Made by a program: the position numbers and the translations under genes | The notes under the pieces: generated by a model | The model's database searches: none | What the model saw: the letters and a program-made list of their open reading frames with translations, nothing else | Told to the model about the DNA's origin: nothing | Part shown: piece by piece, positions 37,257 through 44,807 of the stretch | Layout of the letters: every line of letters starts with the position of its first letter | Position numbering within the stretch: position 1 is the stretch's first letter | Origin: Loktanella sp. | Lineage (GTDB): Bacteria > Pseudomonadota > Alphaproteobacteria > Rhodobacterales > Rhodobacteraceae | Length of the DNA stretch: 44,807 nucleotides | Assembly (NCBI GenBank): GCA_003551805.1 | Contig: PUNR01000103.1 | Span: forward strand, 1 to 44,807 | Direction of reading: 5' to 3'

Positions 37257-39671
37257 ATGCCCGATGAAGACAAAAAACAAGAAGAATATGGCGCCGATTC
37301 CATCAAGGTTCTCAAAGGGTTAGAGGCTGTTCGCAAGCGGCCCGGTATGTATATCGGTGACACCGACGACGGGTCCGGCCTGCACCATATGGTCTATGAG
37401 GTCGTCGACAACGGCATTGACGAGGCTTTGGCCGGTCACGCCGATCATGTTTATGTGCGGATCAACGCTGATGCCTCTGTAACCGTGGGCGATAACGGGC
37501 GCGGTATTCCTGTTGGCATTCACGAAGGTGAAGGCGTTTCCGCGGCAGAGGTCATCATGACCCAGCTGCACGCTGGCGGCAAATTCGACAGCAATTCCTA
37601 CAAGGTTTCGGGTGGTCTGCACGGCGTCGGCGTGTCTGTTGTCAACGCGCTTTCGGATTTTCTGGAACTGCGCATCTGGCGCGAGGGCAAGGAACATTAC
37701 GCCCGTTTCGAGGGTGGCTTTACCGTTGAATCCCTGCGCGTGGTCGGCGATGCCGATGGCCGCAAAGGGACAGAAATTACGTTTCTTGCCGCATTGACTA
37801 CCTTCAGCAACCGCGACTTTGACTTCCACATTCTGGAAAAGCGTTTGCGCGAACTGGCCTTTCTGAACTCTGGCGTGCGGATCATCCTCGAAGACCTGCG
37901 GCCTGCCGAACCCCTGCGCACTGAATTGTTCTACGAAGGTGGCGTGCGCGAATTCGTTAAATATCTGGACCGGTCGAAAACCCCGCTGATGGAAACGCCC
38001 ATCTATGTGGTCGGTGAACGCGACGACATCGGGGTCGAGGTCGCGATGTGGTGGAACGACAGCTACAACGAAATGGTGCTGCCCTTTACTAACAACATCC
38101 CGCAACGCGATGGCGGCACGCATCTGGCGGGTTTCCGCGGCGCGCTGACCCGCGCGATCATCAAATATGCGACCGAAACTGGCATCACCAAGAAAGAAAA
38201 GATCAGCCTGACAGGCGATGACGCGCGTGAAGGTCTGACCTGCGTGCTGTCCGTCAAAGTGCCTGATCCAAAGTTTTCCAGCCAGACCAAGGACAAGTTG
38301 GTCAGTTCCGAGGTCCGCCCTGCGGTCGAAAACCTGATGGGCGAGAAGCTGAACGAATGGTTTGAAGAAAACCCCGCGACAGCGAAATCCATCATCTCCA
38401 AAATCGTGGAAGCCGCCGCCGCCCGTGAAGCAGCGCGCAAAGCCCGCGAAATCCGCCGCAAATCGGCGATGGATGTGAATTTCAACGCTTCCAAGCTCAA
38501 GGATTGTTCCGAAAAAGACCCATCCAAAACCGAAGTCTTTCTGGTCGAGGGTGACAGCGCCGGGGGTTCCGCCCAGACAGGCCGTGACCGTGGCACGCAG
38601 GCGATCCTGCCGCTGAAGGGCAAGATCCTGAACGTCGAACGTGCGCGTTTCGACCGGATGCTGGGGTCTCAGGAAATCGGCACGCTGGTCATGGCGCTGG
38701 GTACCGGCATTGGCCGGGGCGAGTTCAACATCGACAAGCTGCGTTATCACAAGGTCATCATCATGACCGACGCTGACGTCGATGGCGCACACATCCGCAC
38801 GCTGCTGCTGACCTTCTTCTTCCGCCAGATGCCGGAACTGATCGAAGGCGGGCATCTTTATATCGCGCAGCCCCCACTGTACAAAGTGTCGCGTGGCCGG
38901 TCCGAGGTGTACCTGAAAGATCAGGCCGCGATGGATGAATACCTGATCGAACAAGGCATCGACGGTGCGATGCTGCGCCAAGGCAATGGCGAAGAAATCA
39001 CCGGCGCTGACCTGCGCCGTATCGTGGACGAGGCGCGACAGCTGAAACGCGTGCTGGAAGCCTTCCCCACCCATTACCCGCGTCACATTCTGGAACAGGC
39101 AGCGATTGCTGGCGCATTCGTGCCCGGCGTCGTGGAAAACGACCTGCAAGGTACTGCCGACCGCGTTGCTGCACGTCTCGACCTGATCGCGCTGGAATGG
39201 GAACGTGGCTGGCAAGGCCGGATCACGCAGGACAAGGGCATGCGTCTTGCCCGTATTCTGCGCGGTGTGGAAGAGGTCCGCACGCTGGACGGCACCATGC
39301 TGCGCTCCGGCGAGGCGCGGCGCACAGGCACCTTCACGCAAAGCCTGCAAGACGTCTACGACCTGCCTGCGACCTTGGTCCGCAAGGACCGCAGCCAGCT
39401 GATCCACGGCCCGCTTGATCTGCTGCGCGCCATTCTGGAAGAAGGCGAAAAGGGGCTGTCACTGCAGCGCTACAAGGGTCTGGGCGAAATGAACCCCGAT
39501 CAGCTGTGGGAAACCACGCTGGACCCCGACGCGCGCACACTGCTGCAGGTCAAGGTCGAAGATGTGGCCGAAGCCGACGATCTGTTCACCAAGCTGATGG
39601 GCGATGTCGTCGAACCACGGCGTGAATTCATCCAGACCAACGCGCTGAACGTGGAAAATCTGGACTTCTGA
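37257..39671 (+). CDS. gyrB: DNA gyrase subunit B
   Basis: Motifs LEAVRKRPGMYIGD, GGLHGVGVS, VEGDSAGG, MTDADVDG and QRYKGLGEMN. Confidence 0.98.
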   Translation: MPDEDKKQEEYGADSIKVLKGLEAVRKRPGMYIGDTDDGSGLHHMVYEVVDNGIDEALAGHADHVYVRINADASVTVGDNGRGIPVGIHEGEGVSAAEVIMTQLHAGGKFDSNSYKVSGGLHGVGVSVVNALSDFLELRIWREGKEHYARFEGGFTVESLRVVGDADGRKGTEITFLAALTTFSNRDFDFHILEKRLRELAFLNSGVRIILEDLRPAEPLRTELFYEGGVREFVKYLDRSKTPLMETPIYVVGERDDIGVEVAMWWNDSYNEMVLPFTNNIPQRDGGTHLAGFRGALTRAIIKYATETGITKKEKISLTGDDAREGLTCVLSVKVPDPKFSSQTKDKLVSSEVRPAVENLMGEKLNEWFEENPATAKSIISKIVEAAAAREAARKAREIRRKSAMDVNFNASKLKDCSEKDPSKTEVFLVEGDSAGGSAQTGRDRGTQAILPLKGKILNVERARFDRMLGSQEIGTLVMALGTGIGRGEFNIDKLRYHKVIIMTDADVDGAHIRTLLLTFFFRQMPELIEGGHLYIAQPPLYKVSRGRSEVYLKDQAAMDEYLIEQGIDGAMLRQGNGEEITGADLRRIVDEARQLKRVLEAFPTHYPRHILEQAAIAGAFVPGVVENDLQGTADRVAARLDLIALEWERGWQGRITQDKGMRLARILRGVEEVRTLDGTMLRSGEARRTGTFTQSLQDVYDLPATLVRKDRSQLIHGPLDLLRAILEEGEKGLSLQRYKGLGEMNPDQLWETTLDPDARTLLQVKVEDVAEADDLFTKLMGDVVEPRREFIQTNALNVENLDF

Positions 39672-39674
39672 TGT

Positions 39675-39737
39675 GGCGGGGTGAACCCCGCCCTACGGGT
39701 CGCATGTTGACGTAGGTCGGGGTTAACCCCGACCCAC
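39675..39737. repeat. Inverted pair of GTAG REP-like elements (REPIN-like doublet)
   Basis: GGCGGGGTGAACCCCGCCCTAC - 15 bp - GTAGGTCGGGGTTAACCCCGAC(CCAC). Confidence 0.8.
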
Positions 39738-41801
39738 CGCCTTCAACGCAAACGCATAGGACCGCGCCGCATCCTCAAGCGCTGCGAAGCGCCCCGTCTT
39801 GCCGAAATGCCCCGATGTCATGTTGGTTTTCAGCAGCAGCACATTGTCGTCCGTCTTGGTCACACGCAGCTTGGCGACCCATTTCGCCGGTTCCCAATAG
39901 GTCACGCGCGGGTCGGACACACCTGCGGTGACTAGCATCGCAGGGTAATTCTGCGCCGCGACGTTGTCATAGGGCGAATAGGCGTGGATATCGTCAAACG
40001 CCGCCTTGCTTTCAATCGGGTTACCCCATTGCGACCATTCGCCGGGGGTCAGGGGCAATGTGTCATCCAAGATCGTCGTCAGCACATCGACGAAAGGTAC
40101 ATCCGCGATCACACCAGCCCACAGATCAGGGCGCATGTTGACCACGGCACCGACCAGCAAACCACCTGCCGACCCGCCTTGGATCACGATCTGGCCCTCG
40201 CTGGTATAGTTTTCCCCAATCAGGCTTTGCGCGGCAGCGATGAAATCGCGGAACGTATTAACCTTGCGCCCGAACTTCGCGTCCTCATACCAAGCGCGGC
40301 CTTTTTCCTCGCCACCGCGCACATGGGCGATGGCATAGACGAACCCGCGATCCACCAGCGACAACCGGTTGGCCGAAAAGCCTGCGGGCATGGACGCGCC
40401 ATAAGACCCATAACCATAAAGCAGGCAAGGGGCGCTGCCATCAACCTTGGTCGTCGCATGGTGAAGGATGGTAACAGGCACCAGCGCACCATCATGCGAA
40501 GGTGCCATGATCCGGCGGGTAACATAATCGGCGGCGTCGTGGCCGGATGGCAGTTCGGTCTGCTTCATCAGCACGCGATCACCCGTGCCCAGATCAAAAT
40601 CAAACACTTGTGACGGTGTTGTGGGCGATGAATAGGTAAAGCGGAATATATCTGTCTCATATTCCGCACTCGGGTCCGCACCCAGCGCATAGGCTTCTTC
40701 GTCAAAGGCGATGCTTTGCACCTCACCCGATTGCCCGCGATAGCAGATGCGTGGCAGGGCATTTTCACGTTCCACCCAGATCAGCCAGTCGCGATAGGCG
40801 GCGATCCCGATGATCATCCGGCCTTCGCGATAGCCGATCAGGTCGGCCCAATGTGCGCGCTGTGGCGTGGCGACCGGCGCTGTGACAATCTTGAAATCCA
40901 CCGCGCCATCGGCGTTGGTCAGGATGACAAACTGGTCGCCCTGATGGTCGATTTCATATTCCAGCCCGTCGGTGCGCGGCTCGATCAGCGCAGGCGCGGC
41001 ATCGGGCGTGGCTGTGGGGATCACCCAAACCTCGTTTTCATCGTTCATGCCGGTGGCGATCTGGACATAGGCCCCTGACCGCAACCGGCTGACGCCGACG
41101 AAATAGCGAGGGTCTTTTTCCTCATACACCAACACATCATCGGCTGTGTCACTGCCGATCTTATGACGATAAACCTTGTTGGGGTGGTGCCGGTCATCGA
41201 CGCGGACATAAAGCAGCGTCTGGTCATCGACCCACGCGACAGAACCCACATCGGGGATCAGCGTGTCGCTGTCCTGTCCGGTGGTCGTGTCGCGCAGGCG
41301 CAGGGTGAAAAACTCCGAGCCTGCGGTGTCAGCACTCCACGCCAGCATGCCATGGCCGGGGGATACGGCTATTGCACCCAGATCGAAATATTCATGCGCC
41401 GCAGCTTCGGCGTTCACGTCAAGCAGGGCTGTTTCAGCACCGCCATCGCGCGCGGTGCGAATGAACACAGGGTGTTCGTCGCCTTCAGCATATCGCATGA
41501 CATAGGCATAGGGTCCGTTCTTGCGCGGCACGGATGCATCATCTTCCTTGATCCGTCCGCGCATTTCCGCGATCAGCGTTGCCTGCAGATCGGCGGTGTC
41601 GGCCATAGCGCGATCGTAATAGGCGTTCTCGGCCTTCAGATAATCCGCGATATCTGCGGGCAGTTTTGCGGGGTCGCGCATCGCCTCTTGCCAGTTATCC
41701 GCGCGCAGCCATGCGAATTCATCATGCAGGGTGACGCCATGCACATTTGCCGTGGTCGGGCGTTTGTCGGCCAAAGGGGCGTCGGGCAAATGTTTGAACA
41801 T
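39723..41801 (-). CDS. ptrB: Oligopeptidase B (S9A prolyl oligopeptidase family)
   Basis: Motifs YGYGSYG, HVRGG, GGSAGG (catalytic Ser), DPRVTYWEPAKW and SGHFG. Confidence 0.9.
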   Translation of the reverse strand: MFKHLPDAPLADKRPTTANVHGVTLHDEFAWLRADNWQEAMRDPAKLPADIADYLKAENAYYDRAMADTADLQATLIAEMRGRIKEDDASVPRKNGPYAYVMRYAEGDEHPVFIRTARDGGAETALLDVNAEAAAHEYFDLGAIAVSPGHGMLAWSADTAGSEFFTLRLRDTTTGQDSDTLIPDVGSVAWVDDQTLLYVRVDDRHHPNKVYRHKIGSDTADDVLVYEEKDPRYFVGVSRLRSGAYVQIATGMNDENEVWVIPTATPDAAPALIEPRTDGLEYEIDHQGDQFVILTNADGAVDFKIVTAPVATPQRAHWADLIGYREGRMIIGIAAYRDWLIWVERENALPRICYRGQSGEVQSIAFDEEAYALGADPSAEYETDIFRFTYSSPTTPSQVFDFDLGTGDRVLMKQTELPSGHDAADYVTRRIMAPSHDGALVPVTILHHATTKVDGSAPCLLYGYGSYGASMPAGFSANRLSLVDRGFVYAIAHVRGGEEKGRAWYEDAKFGRKVNTFRDFIAAAQSLIGENYTSEGQIVIQGGSAGGLLVGAVVNMRPDLWAGVIADVPFVDVLTTILDDTLPLTPGEWSQWGNPIESKAAFDDIHAYSPYDNVAAQNYPAMLVTAGVSDPRVTYWEPAKWVAKLRVTKTDDNVLLLKTNMTSGHFGKTGRFAALEDAARSYAFALKAVGRG

Positions 41802-41813
41802 CAAGGTTTCCAA

Positions 41814-42860
41814 TCAAAGGGCGCGTTTGCGGATCGCGGCAAAGACAAGTGGTGCGGCAGCGATCACAAGGGTGATGCGGATGACATGTATCACAGAGAC
41901 ATAGGTCGCATCCTGCTGCATCGCGAGGGTCAGCAGTGACATTTCCGTCAAACCGCCCGGCGCATAGGCCAGAAACGCCTGCGCCAGCGGCATACCACCC
42001 GCCAGCACGATCATTTGCGCAAAGCCTAGCGCGATCACCAGCATGATGCCCGATGACAACGTTGCCAGCCCGATCTCGCGCCGGATATCGGACAGTGTCG
42101 CCCCGACAAACCGCGTGCCGATCACGGTGCCGATGGTGATTTGTGCCGCAATCACGAACAGGCTGGGCGGGGGCACTGTGACAAGGCCGGTGTAATGGGC
42201 AATCCCGCTTAAAATCATCGGGCCAAAGACGGGACCGGCGGGCAGGCGGGCGATTTTTCCCAGCCAGACACCTGCAACTGCACAAATGCCAAGGACCAGG
42301 TAATCAAGCGGCGTCAGCGCATCAAGCGCGGTCCAGTTGGCATCGTCGGTTCCGCCAGCCGATACGCCCAGCACCAGACCAAAGAACAGCGCAATGAAGA
42401 TAATCACGATCATCACGCGCGCTGCATGGGCCAGTGCGATCTTGCGTTCGCTGCCGCCCGCCTCGCCACCCAGAATGATCATTTCGTTCAGCCCACCGGG
42501 CATAGCAGCGTAATAGGCGGTGACAGGGTCATAACCCCCGACACGGCGGTAGATGACAAAAGATACACCTGCGGCCAGCAGCAGGAAGGGTGGCAAAAGG
42601 ATCAGCGTCAGCACCCATGATGACAGCAGCCCGAACAATTCCGCCGTGACGCCAGAGCCAAGCAGCACACCGATCACAGGCACTACGACGTTGCGCAGAC
42701 CGCCCGGTCCCTGCACCGGTGCGCGCAGCATGGCTGCGGTGATATTGGCGATCATCGGGCCCAGCATCCACGGCAGTGGCAGGCCCACGAAAAACGCGAT
42801 GACCCCGCCTGTCAGCCCGATCAGCAGCGCCAGCAATGTCTTGCGATTAAAGCCCGCCAA
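41814..42860 (-). CDS. AbrB-family membrane protein (putative ammonia monooxygenase-like)
   Basis: Duplicated LPWMLGPM / PAGPVFGPM and PGGLNEM / PGGLTEM motifs. Start uncertain; TTG at 42860 chosen. Confidence 0.8.
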   Translation of the reverse strand: MAGFNRKTLLALLIGLTGGVIAFFVGLPLPWMLGPMIANITAAMLRAPVQGPGGLRNVVVPVIGVLLGSGVTAELFGLLSSWVLTLILLPPFLLLAAGVSFVIYRRVGGYDPVTAYYAAMPGGLNEMIILGGEAGGSERKIALAHAARVMIVIIFIALFFGLVLGVSAGGTDDANWTALDALTPLDYLVLGICAVAGVWLGKIARLPAGPVFGPMILSGIAHYTGLVTVPPPSLFVIAAQITIGTVIGTRFVGATLSDIRREIGLATLSSGIMLVIALGFAQMIVLAGGMPLAQAFLAYAPGGLTEMSLLTLAMQQDATYVSVIHVIRITLVIAAAPLVFAAIRKRAL

Positions 42861-43752
42861 TATGCCGCGTCCCGCGATCCTTGGCCAAGGCAATCTGCTT
42901 TTGCCGTTCGCGGAAACGGGCCTTGTCTGCTTCGGTCGTAGTGTCGGCGCAGTGGTGGCAGGCGACACCTTCCTCGTATTTGGGATGATTGCGGTCGTCA
43001 GGGACCAGCGGCAGGCGGCAGGCGTGGCAAAGGAAATGTGGCCCTTCAGTCAACCCGTGACCAACACTGACCCGCCCATCAAAGACGAAACATTCCCCGT
43101 CCCATTTGCTGGCCTCTTGTGGCACCTCTTCGAGATACTTCAGGATGCCACCCTTAAGGTGATAAACATCCTCTACCCCCTGACCCATCAGATAATTGGT
43201 AGATTTCTCGCAACGGATGCCGCCGGTGCAAAACATCGCGATCCGCTTGTTGTGAAAACGGTGCTTGTTGGCTTCCCACCATGCGGGAAATTCGCCAAAA
43301 GATTTTGTCTGCGGGTCAATCGCGCCGTCAAACGTGCCAATCGCCACCTCGTAATCATTGCGGGTGTCGATCACGGCGACATCGGGGGCGCTGATCAATT
43401 CATTCCAGTCGGCGGGGTCAACGTAATGGCCAACACGCGACACAGGGTCGATATCGGGCTGGCCCATCGTGACGATTTCACGCTTCAGCCGGACCTTCAT
43501 CCGGTGGAAAGGTGCTGCCTCAGCCGTGCTTTCCTTCCATTCCAGACCGGCGCACCCGGGCAGGGCGCGGATATGTGCCAGCACCGCGTCGATACCGGCG
43601 CGATCACCCGCAATCGTGCCGTTGATGCCTTCTTGGGCAAGCAGCAAGGTGCCGCTAACGCCGTGCGATTTGCACAGGTCTTGCAGCGGCCCGCGCAGGG
43701 CTGCGTGGTCGGGGAAGCGGGTGAAATGATAAAGGGCTGCGACAATATGCAT
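42847..43752 (-). CDS. trhO: Rhodanese-domain tRNA U34 hydroxylase (YceA/TrhO family)
   Basis: Motifs [32 protein letters not shown] and CFVFDGR. Confidence 0.88.
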   Translation of the reverse strand: MHIVAALYHFTRFPDHAALRGPLQDLCKSHGVSGTLLLAQEGINGTIAGDRAGIDAVLAHIRALPGCAGLEWKESTAEAAPFHRMKVRLKREIVTMGQPDIDPVSRVGHYVDPADWNELISAPDVAVIDTRNDYEVAIGTFDGAIDPQTKSFGEFPAWWEANKHRFHNKRIAMFCTGGIRCEKSTNYLMGQGVEDVYHLKGGILKYLEEVPQEASKWDGECFVFDGRVSVGHGLTEGPHFLCHACRLPLVPDDRNHPKYEEGVACHHCADTTTEADKARFRERQKQIALAKDRGTRHIGGL

Positions 43753-43784
43753 AGGCGATGGATTACGCCTGCCGGCGCGCGGGT

Positions 43785-44807
43785 TCAAGAGGGGCCAGCT
43801 GCCAGTGCCAGACCATCGGCAACTGCCGTAAACGCCTCGCCCCGTTCAAGTGCTGCATGAGGGAACAGATCGACCATCGTGGTCTCGATGTTCTGCAGCA
43901 GACTGGAACCGCCGACAAAAACGATTTTGCCGATTTTTTCGGGGGTGATGCCTGCGATCTTCAGCGTCTCAGTGGCGCAGGATCTGATGGCGGCGGTATG
44001 ATCGGCCAGCGCGCGGTCCATGTCAGCCTTGCGGATTTGCGCCCAAAGGTCAGGTGTTATCACCCGCAGGTCAATTCCCGTCTGGTCCACATCCGGGGCA
44101 TTCAGCCTGATTTTTCCCGCTTCGACCGCAAAGGCGATATCGTGGCCCAATTCCATATCCAGCACGGTTTGCAGCCGCCCGAAAAGCACCGGATCAACGC
44201 CCAGCTTGGCAAAACTTGCCGCCATGCGCCGGTTTTCGGGGGTATAGACAAAGGCAATTTTCTGCCATGTCGCCAGATCATTGTAGATGGTGTTGGGCGC
44301 TGTATGCGTCCCGCTGCCCATCGCATTGCCAATTTCGGCCCCACGGCCCAGCAGCGGCATGACCTGCGCCAGATTGATTGCACGGTCGAAATCGGTACCG
44401 CCCACACGCACGCCGTGGCTGGCGATGATGCGCGTGTCGCTACCATCCCGTTCAAAGATCGAAAAATCCGATGTGCCGCCGCCGATATCAACGACCAGCC
44501 CCAAAGCGCCCTTGTCCAGCGGCCCTGAGGCCAGCGCCGCGGCCTCTGGTTCATACATAAAGGTCACGTCCTGAAAGCCTGCAAGCATGTAGGCCTCGCG
44601 CAGGTCTATCTCGGCCTGCGCATCGCGGGCAGTATCGCTGGAATGAAACCGCACCGGACGACCCGACAGCGCATGGGTATAGGGTTGGCCTGTTTCCGCT
44701 TCGGCCCGTTGGCGGATCATTGCCAGAAAACGCGCGACAACATCCAGCAGCGTCAGGCGTTCGTGCGCAATCTGGCGACGTTCACGCAGTAAGGGCGTGC
44801 CCAGCAC
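43785..44807 (-). CDS. Hsp70-family protein (YegD-like), 5' end outside window
   Basis: Motifs [29 protein letters not shown] and FVGGSS; no DnaK substrate-binding domain. Confidence 0.85.
   Translation of the reverse strand: MLGTPLLRERRQIAHERLTLLDVVARFLAMIRQRAEAETGQPYTHALSGRPVRFHSSDTARDAQAEIDLREAYMLAGFQDVTFMYEPEAAALASGPLDKGALGLVVDIGGGTSDFSIFERDGSDTRIIASHGVRVGGTDFDRAINLAQVMPLLGRGAEIGNAMGSGTHTAPNTIYNDLATWQKIAFVYTPENRRMAASFAKLGVDPVLFGRLQTVLDMELGHDIAFAVEAGKIRLNAPDVDQTGIDLRVITPDLWAQIRKADMDRALADHTAAIRSCATETLKIAGITPEKIGKIVFVGGSSLLQNIETTMVDLFPHAALERGEAFTAVADGLALAAGPS

Noticed and set aside
37320-39407. 695-aa antisense ORF inside gyrB (likewise 3868-5103, 6737-7960, 8047-9573 and 42553-43860)
   Set aside because: These are shadow ORFs expected from GC-rich codon bias opposite well-conserved genes, with no recognisable motifs.
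1-44807. CRISPR array, tRNA/rRNA, IS element or prophage
   Set aside because: I saw no regularly spaced direct repeats, RNA-gene signatures, transposase, integrase or phage genes.

Overview
This is a GC-rich alphaproteobacterial chromosome segment, most consistent with Rhodobacteraceae (Roseobacter group), from a bacteriochlorophyll-producing organism. From left to right it contains: (1) a partial sugar dehydrogenase, an IlvD/Edd sugar-acid dehydratase and a divergent class II aldolase; (2) an acetate locus, acs-adk-DUF4212-actP, followed by a cNMP/CBS/nucleotidyltransferase (DUF294) protein, a small membrane protein and a TM-HAMP-PAS-DEDDh nuclease; (3) a non-flagellar MotA/MotB-like pair and chaC; (4) a photosynthesis sub-operon, bchG-pucC-like-bchP-idi, detached from its cluster and carrying two perfect PpsR boxes; (5) thuAB; (6) a detached flagellar sub-cluster, motB-flgE-flgK-flgL-flgI, with CtrA boxes; (7) the conserved ubiB-ubiE-mutM-ech-rpsT-dnaA-dnaN-recF-lysE-gyrB block; (8) ptrB, an AbrB-family gene, trhO and a partial YegD-like Hsp70. 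GTAG-type REP palindromes sit at two convergent gene junctions. I saw no rRNA, tRNA, CRISPR, prophage or transposase. The best candidates for undescribed biology are the nucleotidyltransferase plus sensor-fused nuclease module of the acetate locus, the orphan MotA/B-like motor with a very long coiled coil, and a ~390-nt structured leader upstream of dnaA preceded by clustered GANTC sites. All calls come from reading the sequence by eye; no database searches were run.
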